64,000 bases of DNA. It comes from a virus. The stretch covers positions 1-64,000 of IMG/VR virus record IMGVR_UViG_3300021429_002604; one strand, given 5' to 3'. Of this stretch, positions 19,751 through 28,039 are shown one piece after another. The notes under the pieces are model-generated. The model searched no databases and had not been told where the DNA came from. It was given only the letters and a program-made list of their open reading frames with translations. Each line of letters begins with the position of its first letter. Within the stretch, counting starts at the first letter, position 1. A program made the translations under genes and the position numbers.

Positions 19751-20845
19751 ATGGATAACATATCACCAGAAGAGATTCTAAGAAGAAAGGAGCTATCCGG
19801 AGGGGTAGTTTACGACGATCCAATTCAGGAAGAACCAAAATTACCAGATGGTGAAGTTTTAACTTCATCTACAAGCTCTGTGAAGAACACCGAAGCTGAG
19901 ATTCCCGTAAAAGAGTCTGCAGCAATTTCGACCGAAGCACCTAAGAATGTGTACGAGAGCGAGCAACCAGCAAATAGCTTCGGAAAAGCCCAATCTGTCT
20001 CACCTGCATTTGATACCGGTTGGAAAAACCTACCCGTTCAGATAATACCGTCTAAGGGCATGTTTTATCCAGAGGGAACAAAACTTGCAATAAGAGCTGC
20101 TGAGGTAAGAGAGATTAGACATTTTTCCACCATCGACGATGATGACAGATTGGATATAGAGGATAAGCTGAGTTATATTCTTGACAGATGTTTAAGAATA
20201 GATTTTCCAGGAGAGGGCGTAGTTTCATATCTTGACCTAAAACAAGAGGATAGGTTCTTTATAATAATGGCAGTTCGAGATCTAACTTTCGTAAGAGGTG
20301 AGAATTCGATAATACTACAATTGACTAAGTCATGTAAAGAAACACCTGACTGCCCATATAAGGATGGCATTGAGCTAAGGACTGGTGTTTTAAGCTCGTA
20401 CGAGCTCGATGATAGAATCATTAAGTATTATGATGCTGAAACACGAACGTTCGTCTTTGACGTTAAAAAGATAGGAAAAAGGATAGAGATGAGCGTACCT
20501 AGTATAGGCGTTACTAAAGCAATTTCTAAATTTGTTTCCGATGTTTCGAGAAGAGGTTCTGATGTTGATGAGGGATTCCTTAAGATTGCACCTTTCCTAT
20601 TTAATGAGTGGAGAGATTTGACAACAGATAAGATCTCACTGAGAATGAGAGAAACCGATTACTGGACTAAGGAGGAATACAGCTTATATTTTGAGCTCTC
20701 TGAAAAGATAAGACTCGGGACTGAACTAAAAGTTAAACAAAAATGCCCAGCTTGCGGTGATGAGGAGGTCACCGCTGATATCAACTTTCCCAGCGGGATC
20801 AGATCTCTTTTCGTTATTTCAGATATCTTTGGAGAACTTCTTTGA
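19751..20845 (+). CDS. Baseplate hub / tail assembly chaperone (gp26-like)
   Basis: LPVQIIPSKGMFYP, IRAAEVREI and a C-terminal CPACG; ATG at 19751 preferred over the TTG at 19688. Confidence 0.7.
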   Translation: MDNISPEEILRRKELSGGVVYDDPIQEEPKLPDGEVLTSSTSSVKNTEAEIPVKESAAISTEAPKNVYESEQPANSFGKAQSVSPAFDTGWKNLPVQIIPSKGMFYPEGTKLAIRAAEVREIRHFSTIDDDDRLDIEDKLSYILDRCLRIDFPGEGVVSYLDLKQEDRFFIIMAVRDLTFVRGENSIILQLTKSCKETPDCPYKDGIELRTGVLSSYELDDRIIKYYDAETRTFVFDVKKIGKRIEMSVPSIGVTKAISKFVSDVSRRGSDVDEGFLKIAPFLFNEWRDLTTDKISLRMRETDYWTKEEYSLYFELSEKIRLGTELKVKQKCPACGDEEVTADINFPSGIRSLFVISDIFGELL

Positions 20846-21017
20846 TATCAAATTTAGACTATGGCATGAACATAAGATAGATCCAAATTGGTTGGAATCT
20901 TTGCCTTTCTATGAGTACCAGATCTGGCTCGACAAACTCAATGCTGCAATTGAGCAAGAAAATGCAGCAAAACAAACGGAGGAAGGTGTTAAACAATTAT
21001 TTAACCTAACTAGATAA
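20757..21017 (+). CDS. gp51-like hub assembly segment; start uncertain, possibly reached by frameshift
   Basis: SLENFFDIKFRLWHEHK....LESLPFYEYQIWL resembles the gp51-type pattern SLENYY..NF.L..HHK.S..E+E.M.PWE..IY; overlaps the upstream stop in the +1 frame. Confidence 0.65.
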   Translation: MMRRSPLISTFPAGSDLFSLFQISLENFFDIKFRLWHEHKIDPNWLESLPFYEYQIWLDKLNAAIEQENAAKQTEEGVKQLFNLTR

Positions 21018-21034
21018 AAAGAAATATATACAGC

Positions 21035-22549
21035 ATGGCTACAGATCCTAAACTTATTTCCTCTTTATTAGACTTATCTAGAAATGTAGATAAGCTTTCC
21101 GGTGACATCAAAAAGAACACCGCCACCACATCCGATTTGGTTGAGGTGCAGGAAAAAAGCACGGAGGGAACTAAGGATCTTGGTAAGGTTGCAGACAGTA
21201 TAAAAGGTCTGGATCTTAATAGTCTAAAAGGCGAATTCTCTCAGCTCACCAAGAGTATAGGTGGTCTCGACTTCAAAAGTCTTTCTACGGACCTTAAATC
21301 ACTTGATTTTAAAAGCCTATCTAAGGATCTTAAATCTTTAGATTTTAAGGGATTGACCGAGGGGATAAAGGGACTGGATTTTAAGGGTATTGGCGATATG
21401 GCCAAAGGTCTAGATATAAAGAGTCTTGCTGGTGGATTAAAAGAAGGCGGTGGTATAAAAGACGTTGTCTCTGGATCTCTTGGAGGTTTATTAAAGGGTG
21501 GTAAGGGACTTTTAGGTGCATTCGAGAAAGGTGGACCCGTTAATCAAACCGGACAATACCTTGTTGGTGAGAAGGGACCAGAAATAGTTAAGCTACAACA
21601 AGGATCCGCTGTTATACCCAATGATATATTAAAAGCAAGACAAGATATTCTAAAAAAGCTAGGACCCGATGCTCCTAGTGAAAAAGAAATATCTAGGAAA
21701 AGAAATGAATTACTTACAGCAGATCCCGTGTATTATGACGGTGAACCGGATTGGCTAGAGGAGGACATTAATTCATATCTGGAGGGACTCCAGGGGAAAG
21801 TAACATCAGAATTTACTCAGGATGATCTAAAGAAACTAACCAAACCTGTAAATAATAAAGCTGAGGAGGTTGTAAACCCACCCGCGCCTACAGATAAGAA
21901 GGAAAAAAAATCGGAAGAAAAGGAAGCTAAGCTAAAAGAAAAGAAAGAGGGACTATTCTCAAGAATATTCGGGAAGAAAGATAAGGAAAATGATGGCAAA
22001 GCCGAAGGCGATAAAAACAAATCTGATATCTTTGCTAAAGGCAAGGACCTTCTTAAGGACGTCGATAAAACAAAACTACTATCTTCAGGATCGGATCTTC
22101 TGAAAGGAGCTAGCGGGATGTTTGGAGATAAGCTTGGTGGAAAACTAGGTACTGCTGGCAATATACTCGGGGTAGGATCTGAGTTAAGTAAACAAGTAAA
22201 ACTACCATCACTAGCAAAAAAAGCACCCGAGCTTAAGACACCCGAGCTCAAAACAGATATTAAGAAGCTATCTACACCTCCAGCACCTAAAGCCCAACCA
22301 AAGCCTGCTGCAGCAAAAGAGGAAGTTAGTGAGGGGAAAAAATCTCCAACCGAAGCGGTAAGCACAGAAAGCAAGACTTCGGATAAGCCAGCCGAAGCTA
22401 AATCTGAAAAAATGGGAGATAGCGGAATGACATCTAATGATATACAGGAGATGAAATCTGCTCTTGTTAGGATAGCATCCCTTCTCGAGGGACCATTAAA
22501 TGTTTCACCTATGTCAGGTCCATATAGACCCGATTCAAGGAGGGTTTAA
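21035..22549 (+). CDS. Tape-measure-like / hub-associated tail protein
   Basis: Position after tube and chaperone genes; KGGPV..TGQYLVGEKGPEIV motif; helical repeats. Confidence 0.55.
   Translation: MATDPKLISSLLDLSRNVDKLSGDIKKNTATTSDLVEVQEKSTEGTKDLGKVADSIKGLDLNSLKGEFSQLTKSIGGLDFKSLSTDLKSLDFKSLSKDLKSLDFKGLTEGIKGLDFKGIGDMAKGLDIKSLAGGLKEGGGIKDVVSGSLGGLLKGGKGLLGAFEKGGPVNQTGQYLVGEKGPEIVKLQQGSAVIPNDILKARQDILKKLGPDAPSEKEISRKRNELLTADPVYYDGEPDWLEEDINSYLEGLQGKVTSEFTQDDLKKLTKPVNNKAEEVVNPPAPTDKKEKKSEEKEAKLKEKKEGLFSRIFGKKDKENDGKAEGDKNKSDIFAKGKDLLKDVDKTKLLSSGSDLLKGASGMFGDKLGGKLGTAGNILGVGSELSKQVKLPSLAKKAPELKTPELKTDIKKLSTPPAPKAQPKPAAAKEEVSEGKKSPTEAVSTESKTSDKPAEAKSEKMGDSGMTSNDIQEMKSALVRIASLLEGPLNVSPMSGPYRPDSRRV
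21197..21433 (+). repeat. Coding repeat: six LD(F/L/I)(K/N)(S/G)(L/I) units, the last five at 12-aa spacing
   Basis: SIGGLDFKSLST DLKSLDFKSLSK DLKSLDFKGLTE GIKGLDFKGIGD MAKGLDIKSLAG. Confidence 0.85.
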
Positions 22550-22575
22550 AAAATACCGTTAAATATTTTTTTATT

Positions 22576-22597
22576 CCGAGATTTTATATTACATTTG
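22576..22597 (+). promoter_or_regulatory. Class I (early, host-type) promoter: YCG-N11-TAnnTTTG
   Basis: CCG-agattttatat-TACATTTG upstream of dCMP deaminase; matches the Bacteroidota -7 box. Confidence 0.7.
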
Positions 22598-22625
22598 TAA
22601 AAATCAAATTTGAATAAACTCTCAG

Positions 22626-23192
22626 ATGCAATTACCATACAAAGTCAACGACAAAACATACGACGATACATCTTTTATAACATGGGATTTTTTGAATCTT
22701 TCCATGTGGAGGATCAAAAAAAATAGTGAGGGAAAATACGATGTATCCTCGATGGAATTCCATCCCGAAAATATTAAGGCCGATCAGAGAGATCTGATTT
22801 ATTTAGAAATGGCATCAGTGTGGGCAAAGAACTCATACTGTAAAAGAATGCAGGTTGGGTGTTTGATCGTAAAGGATAAATCTATTATATCGGATGGATA
22901 TAACGGATCACCTACCGGATTTCCTAATATATGTGAGATTGATGATGTTACCCTACCTCAAGTATTACATGCGGAGGCTAATGCAATTACAAAATTGGCC
23001 AAAAGCACACAGGGATCCGATGGATCAACTCTATATGTAACACTGTCCCCCTGTTTTGAATGTTCTAAACTCATTATACAGTCGGGAATAAAGAAGGTCG
23101 TTTTTTCCGAAGTTTATAGAAAACCTGAATCTCTCTCTTTCCTAGCCGAAGCTGGAATCGAAATTCTAAAAATAGACAAACTAACAAATTAA
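22626..23192 (+). CDS. dCMP deaminase
   Basis: VLHAEANAI and LSPCFEC zinc motifs; GYNGSP. Confidence 0.95.
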   Translation: MQLPYKVNDKTYDDTSFITWDFLNLSMWRIKKNSEGKYDVSSMEFHPENIKADQRDLIYLEMASVWAKNSYCKRMQVGCLIVKDKSIISDGYNGSPTGFPNICEIDDVTLPQVLHAEANAITKLAKSTQGSDGSTLYVTLSPCFECSKLIIQSGIKKVVFSEVYRKPESLSFLAEAGIEILKIDKLTN

Positions 23193-23205
23193 ATCAAATT
23201 AACAC

Positions 23206-23814
23206 ATGCAACAAAAAGAGAAGAATATCCAGAAGCTAGCAGAAGATTTTATTACGGGAAGGGATGATAAGAGTTTTAAGGTATTATTTGAGAGACTCCG
23301 TCCAGGAATACTCAATCACTGTTACCTAATTTTAAAAGACCAGGAACTTGCTGAGGATGCTTTTCTTAACACAATGTCGAAGATATGGTTAAAGATAGAA
23401 CAATATAATAATGAAAGAGGTAACTTTTCAACCTGGTGCTATAACATAGCGAGAAATGAATCGTTATTGTTAATGAAGTCAAGAAAAAGATACTACAGCC
23501 ACACCGATTCCGAATTAGAATTTCTTTCATCCAAGAATACAATTGGTGATATTGGAGGACAATATAATTTAGAGGATGACCCTACTTATGCTTTCTTTAA
23601 TGAGGGATCCAATCTTGACGAGGTCTACGAATCAGTTTTAGATGAGATCCGGGACCTTCCCGAGCTATATCGTGATATTATGATAGATCGAGAGATCAAC
23701 CATATGAAATATAAGGATATAGCAGAGAAGTATGGTATTAAGAAAAGGTCTATTGCCACCAGAATCAGAAGAGCAAGGGGTAAGATCAGAAAGAAGATAG
23801 ACGGGAAACAATAA
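23206..23814 (+). CDS. Phage-encoded sigma-70/ECF-like RNA polymerase sigma factor
   Basis: Region 2 (LAEDAFLNT..KIW..I..Y....GNFSTWCYNIARN) and region 4 HTH (YKDIAEKYGI....IATRIRRARGKI). Confidence 0.9.
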   Translation: MQQKEKNIQKLAEDFITGRDDKSFKVLFERLRPGILNHCYLILKDQELAEDAFLNTMSKIWLKIEQYNNERGNFSTWCYNIARNESLLLMKSRKRYYSHTDSELEFLSSKNTIGDIGGQYNLEDDPTYAFFNEGSNLDEVYESVLDEIRDLPELYRDIMIDREINHMKYKDIAEKYGIKKRSIATRIRRARGKIRKKIDGKQ

Positions 23815-23833
23815 CCTGAAATTGGAGTATAAA
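23805..23833 (+). promoter_or_regulatory. Class II promoter: GAAAC-N18-TAhAAw
   Basis: GAAAC(23805)...TATAAA(23828), 19 nt before the next ATG. Confidence 0.6.
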
Positions 23834-23846
23834 AAAGTAAAGTCCT

Positions 23847-24290
23847 ATGTTTAGACTATTTAAAGTAATAAAAGAAATATCACTTTACCGTGAATATGTG
23901 GGAGTCATAAAGAAGGAGGAAAAAGATTCTCCCCTCTGGGCAAGAAGAAGACTCAGAAGGGATTATCTAAACCGAATCTATACGGTGATAAATTTACCAC
24001 CACAGATTTTGCTTTCCCAGGATCTTCCTAGAGACGCTAGACCTTCTTTCGTTGTTAATGACCTTAAACCAACAAACGAATATTTAAAATCTCTTAACCT
24101 TGAGGAGTTACTGACCATGTGGATAGAGCCCGTTAAAAACACTGACGAGGAGTCATATCTTGTGGTTTATCAATTTTTCTTTAGACACATTACTTGGTTA
24201 TGGGTTCTTAGATTTATTGCAGAGGTGACGGCAATTATTTTATTGATAGCTAAATGGGATTGGATATTAAAAACCCTACACCTATCATAA
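23847..24290 (+). CDS. Hypothetical protein with a C-terminal transmembrane helix
   Basis: 147 aa; hydrophobic segment WLWVLRFIAEVTAIILLIAKW. Confidence 0.75.
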   Translation: MFRLFKVIKEISLYREYVGVIKKEEKDSPLWARRRLRRDYLNRIYTVINLPPQILLSQDLPRDARPSFVVNDLKPTNEYLKSLNLEELLTMWIEPVKNTDEESYLVVYQFFFRHITWLWVLRFIAEVTAIILLIAKWDWILKTLHLS

Positions 24291-25108
24291 TGAGGGAAGA
24301 GGTACTGATACTGAAGAATGAAATAGAGAGGAAGCTTGAATTTTTTACTAATGATAATAAATTTAGCTTCCACGAGGAATCCCACGTTTACAGATACGAT
24401 GGAATTAAATATGATTCCGTAACAACATACCTTAAAAATTTCAAGGTTCCTTTCGATCGCGAATACTGGTCGAAAAGGAAGGCACAGGAGAGAGGAGTGG
24501 ATGTTTCACTAGTACTTAACGAGTGGCAATATAAAGCCGATGTTGCTAATGATCTTGGAACCAGGGTTCATAAATTCATTGAGGATTTTTGGAGCGGATT
24601 AAATCCCGATGTACCGGAGTATAATGCTGAGGAGGAGTATTCCAAGAGAGTCCATAAATTTCTGGATCTCTATGAAAGAAAGTTAAAGGTATTTATTCCC
24701 CTGAAATCTGAGCTACGTATATTTTCAAGAAAATGGAGATTAGCGGGAACTATAGATCAGCCATTACTTTTTTGGGACGAGAAAATGCAGAAGGTTTTTC
24801 TTATTATAGGGGACTGGAAAACTAATGGTGACTTTAAGCATGACGATCACCCAAAGGGTAAGTACAAGAAACTGCTTAGACCATTTTCTCATTTATGGGA
24901 AAACCAACACAATGAATATTCAATTCAGATAAGTCTATATAGGCTCATACTTGAAGATGAGGTTGGTATAGACACAGAAAGCGGATTTCTATGTCACATT
25001 GGACCAGACTCGGACCCTAAGATATATCCTGCAAAGGATCTCAGGGAACCTTTAAGAGCATATCTCGATCAAAATAGGAATAGTCTGGATATTTTTGAGC
25101 TTGAATAG
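24290..25108 (+). CDS. PD-(D/E)XK exonuclease (Cas4/RecB-like fold)
   Basis: YDSVTT, GTRVHKFIE, ELRIF....LAGTID, IGDWKTN, QISLY; start at the TAATG overlap (24290). Confidence 0.85.
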   Translation: MREEVLILKNEIERKLEFFTNDNKFSFHEESHVYRYDGIKYDSVTTYLKNFKVPFDREYWSKRKAQERGVDVSLVLNEWQYKADVANDLGTRVHKFIEDFWSGLNPDVPEYNAEEEYSKRVHKFLDLYERKLKVFIPLKSELRIFSRKWRLAGTIDQPLLFWDEKMQKVFLIIGDWKTNGDFKHDDHPKGKYKKLLRPFSHLWENQHNEYSIQISLYRLILEDEVGIDTESGFLCHIGPDSDPKIYPAKDLREPLRAYLDQNRNSLDIFELE

Positions 25109-25136
25109 AAACAAAAATCAACCACAATAGTAAAAA
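25108..25136 (+). promoter_or_regulatory. Class II promoter: GAAAC-N18-TAhAAw
   Basis: GAAAC(25108)...TAAAAA(25131), 21 nt before ATG 25152. Confidence 0.65.
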
Positions 25137-25151
25137 TATAAAACAAAAAAT

Positions 25152-25691
25152 ATGGCATCAAGTAAAAAGCAAGCAGAACAAATTTCTATGGAAGTTGAAT
25201 TACCAGGAGGATCCAATGAGATCGACTTTGGCACTTTGAATACTCAGGGTGATTTAGGGATTGGATACGATCAGGAGAAAGTGGACGAGATTCAAGCGAC
25301 CATCGACGCTAAAAAGGACGAAATCAGATCTAAGGTATACGCAGTATCTTGTAATGATGTACTTTTCACTCAATATGAAACATTTATGCAGGAAAAAGCT
25401 GAATGGAATTCTACTGAAGCTCTCGGTATCGTTGAAGTAAACAGACACATCAAGAAGATCAGAAAAGATGGAATAAAGGACAACGTTATTTATCTAGGGG
25501 CTTTACCTTTAGAGGCTACCCACTATTTCTTATCTAAATCTAAAGGGACCGGACTTAAAAGTGCGGAAGATTTCATTAAACTATTTAAAGCTTTCGATCA
25601 GGCTTTATCCGATGCTAAAGAGGATGCTGCCACAGTAAAGGAGCTAGAAAAACAATTAGCTGCGGCTATGCAGGGGATTTCATTGGGATAA
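25152..25691 (+). CDS. Hypothetical protein
   Basis: 179 aa helical ORF flanked by a promoter motif and a terminator. Confidence 0.8.
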   Translation: MASSKKQAEQISMEVELPGGSNEIDFGTLNTQGDLGIGYDQEKVDEIQATIDAKKDEIRSKVYAVSCNDVLFTQYETFMQEKAEWNSTEALGIVEVNRHIKKIRKDGIKDNVIYLGALPLEATHYFLSKSKGTGLKSAEDFIKLFKAFDQALSDAKEDAATVKELEKQLAAAMQGISLG

Positions 25692-25705
25692 TCCCTATAA
25701 AACAC

Positions 25706-25739
25706 AAAAAAAGCCAGTTTTAATAAGCTGGCTTTTTTT
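25706..25739. terminator. Terminator (potentially bidirectional)
   Basis: AAAAAAAGCCAG...CTGGCTTTTTTT inverted repeat. Confidence 0.8.
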
Positions 25740-25755
25740 GTGCAAACCTTTTGGA

Positions 25756-25763
25756 GATATATA
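25756..25763 (+). promoter_or_regulatory. Class III (late) promoter GATATATA
   Basis: Intergenic, 29 nt before ATG 25785. Confidence 0.65.
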
Positions 25764-25784
25764 AAAAAAATAAAAAAATTAGTT

Positions 25785-26087
25785 ATGAAAGTACTAGACA
25801 AAATTAAAGCTAACTTCCAAGTTATTGCACTTTGCTTATTATTGCTTATTTTCCTTAGACAATGTGGAGCAAATAGTGATATTAATAGATTATCAAAACA
25901 ATCTAAGACACAGAGTGCCATTTTAGATTCTATTTGCACCAGGGAGGAACTTGGAATTCTCCTTGAAATTGAAGGGCTAAAGGCTGAAAAAAGAATGATC
26001 CAGTCAACTGACAGAAAGATCATGGACGTGAATCGTCAGAGTGAAATTGATCTAGAGATCAAAAAATTAGAAAAAAATAAAAAATAA
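25785..26087 (+). CDS. Membrane-anchored coiled-coil protein
   Basis: N-terminal hydrophobic helix ending in RQC, followed by a coiled coil; start at 25785. Confidence 0.7.
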   Translation: MKVLDKIKANFQVIALCLLLLIFLRQCGANSDINRLSKQSKTQSAILDSICTREELGILLEIEGLKAEKRMIQSTDRKIMDVNRQSEIDLEIKKLEKNKK

Positions 26088-26089
26088 AG

Positions 26090-26767
26090 ATGAGTAAAAA
26101 ATCAGTTAGTTACTTTATTATAGGCACATTCGTGAGCCTGTACTTAATGGTTTCTGTGATTTCCACTATTCACGTTATAGACTTTTTCAAATTATCCAAT
26201 CCCACTTGGTTGGCTGTTAGCTTAGCCATTGCATTTGAGGTTGGTGCTGCTGCTTCGTTAGCATCACTAATCTCGCTTGATAAAATGAACAAGGGGATGG
26301 TGTGGGGTCTTTTTATAATATTAACTCTTATGCAAGCAATGGGTAATACCTATTATGCATATACGCACTTGCAGAACTTTCAGGGATGGATTGAACTGTT
26401 CGGATTGGTTGAAGAGGAGCTAATATACCAGAAGAGAATATTGTCGATTATAAGCGGTGCAGTTTTACCTGTGGTTGCGCTAGGATTTATCAAATCCCTG
26501 GTTGACTATATAAAGCCTGAGGATGATAAGAATGTGACCGTGGAGGAAATTCTAGTCACCGAATCACAAGTTTCCGAAGTGGTTCATGAGGAGATAGCTC
26601 AGGAATTGGTGGTTGAAGATGTCGCATCTTCTGAACCGGATGAGATTGTTTTGGATTTGGCAACTTCCGAAAATTCAGATTCTTTCGATGATGGTTATAA
26701 CGAGAGTACTATTACAACAGCTAATAGGAATAGAATTCCTATTATGGTTGATCCAACTAAATTATAA
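26090..26767 (+). CDS. Multi-pass membrane protein with acidic tail
   Basis: About four hydrophobic helices followed by a D/E-rich C-terminus. Confidence 0.75.
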   Translation: MSKKSVSYFIIGTFVSLYLMVSVISTIHVIDFFKLSNPTWLAVSLAIAFEVGAAASLASLISLDKMNKGMVWGLFIILTLMQAMGNTYYAYTHLQNFQGWIELFGLVEEELIYQKRILSIISGAVLPVVALGFIKSLVDYIKPEDDKNVTVEEILVTESQVSEVVHEEIAQELVVEDVASSEPDEIVLDLATSENSDSFDDGYNESTITTANRNRIPIMVDPTKL

Positions 26768-26782
26768 AAATAAAACACATAA

Positions 26783-27457
26783 GTGGCAGATTCTGAAATA
26801 TTAAACACCGATAATTTTGACGGAGGCAGCTCGCTACAAACTGGCGAAACCCTTGTAGTTGGTGGTAGCGCTGGGTTTGCTATAACACCATCGGGAGCCA
26901 CTGCTGGATTCGAAATAGAATACCTCAATATAGCAAGACAACTGGATGAGCTGGAGATAATAGAAGCTACATTCCAAAGATTCAACGATCCCAATGAAAT
27001 TGAATTTATAAAGGAATCTTTTGATGTTGTACACCAATCTAAGACACTTGATACGTTAAATGTGGTGGACTTTTTCCACCCTCTTCAAAGTTTTTCAAAT
27101 TACCAAAAACAGACCTTTGTTATATTACCAAGAACATCTGCTAATTTAGACCCATCCTCATTTACTAGCACTAATGGGGAGGTTTCGATGCTGATAGCTA
27201 GAGCCAATTATTTGCCAGGAACCCCTAGGGAAGAAAAGGTTATCTTCTGGGATTATAAAGGATCACAAAGAAATATAATGGGCGAGGTCATGATATTGAC
27301 CGGAGCTATAAAGGAAGATATCCCCTGGAAAGGATGGGATGTTGATCCATTTTCAACATATGGGCACACGGGTCCAGCCAATAGCGCTAATGGTGGATTT
27401 ATTTTTACCAACCCAACCGACTCTGAGGTCCAATTAACAGTAATAACAGCAAATTAA
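26783..27457 (+). CDS. Hypothetical protein, paralogue of 27459..27956
   Basis: Shares W.Y.G....MGE.M.L.G, GW and NGG..F.NP with the next ORF; GTG start. Confidence 0.75.
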   Translation: MADSEILNTDNFDGGSSLQTGETLVVGGSAGFAITPSGATAGFEIEYLNIARQLDELEIIEATFQRFNDPNEIEFIKESFDVVHQSKTLDTLNVVDFFHPLQSFSNYQKQTFVILPRTSANLDPSSFTSTNGEVSMLIARANYLPGTPREEKVIFWDYKGSQRNIMGEVMILTGAIKEDIPWKGWDVDPFSTYGHTGPANSANGGFIFTNPTDSEVQLTVITAN

Positions 27458-27458
27458 G

Positions 27459-27956
27459 ATGGCAACTCAACCAATAACATGTCCGTATGATGTACTAGAA
27501 GGATTTAGATTCTATCGAGGTAATTTAGTGCTCGATAACGGTAACACATCAAATCCACCAAAATATCTTTCAATGAAGGATCTTAATATAGAGGTGGATA
27601 GGTTTTCGAGAAGCAGAGTTACATTGAAGCCTGGTGCATACTCACTTTTGAGTCAGACTGACATTGGAGATCAATATGGCTACGTTTCTTTCATAGCGGT
27701 TAAAGCCATTTATCCAAGTTCCACTTTGGAGTCTAGAAAGTATATAAACTGGACATACCAGGGAAATACCAATTATATGGGTGAACTTATGGTTCTTTCT
27801 GGACAGAGAATATCCTCATCCGATTCGGAATTTGAAGGATGGAATTTATCAAAACCCGGAACATTAGCAAGCGATAGCGTGGGCAATGGTGGTATAGTTT
27901 TTCATAACCCCAGCACGGAAATCACGGTTAAGTTGGAAATATTAGTGTGTGAATGA
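27459..27956 (+). CDS. Hypothetical protein, paralogue of 26783..27457
   Basis: Same shared motifs as its neighbour. Confidence 0.75.
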   Translation: MATQPITCPYDVLEGFRFYRGNLVLDNGNTSNPPKYLSMKDLNIEVDRFSRSRVTLKPGAYSLLSQTDIGDQYGYVSFIAVKAIYPSSTLESRKYINWTYQGNTNYMGELMVLSGQRISSSDSEFEGWNLSKPGTLASDSVGNGGIVFHNPSTEITVKLEILVCE

Positions 27957-28009
27957 TAAAATGCTGTAATTACATTAAATATATAGTAAAAGTTTCTCGT
28001 CCTTAGTTG

Positions 28010-28017
28010 GATATATA
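28010..28017 (+). promoter_or_regulatory. Class III (late) promoter GATATATA
   Basis: Intergenic, 30 nt before ATG 28040. Confidence 0.7.
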
Positions 28018-28039
28018 ATCAGTAAAAAAAAAGTAAACC

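Noticed and set aside
24290-25108. Cas4-like nuclease as evidence for a CRISPR system
   Set aside because: No array, no other cas genes and no Fe-S cysteine set; standalone PD-(D/E)XK nucleases are common in phages.
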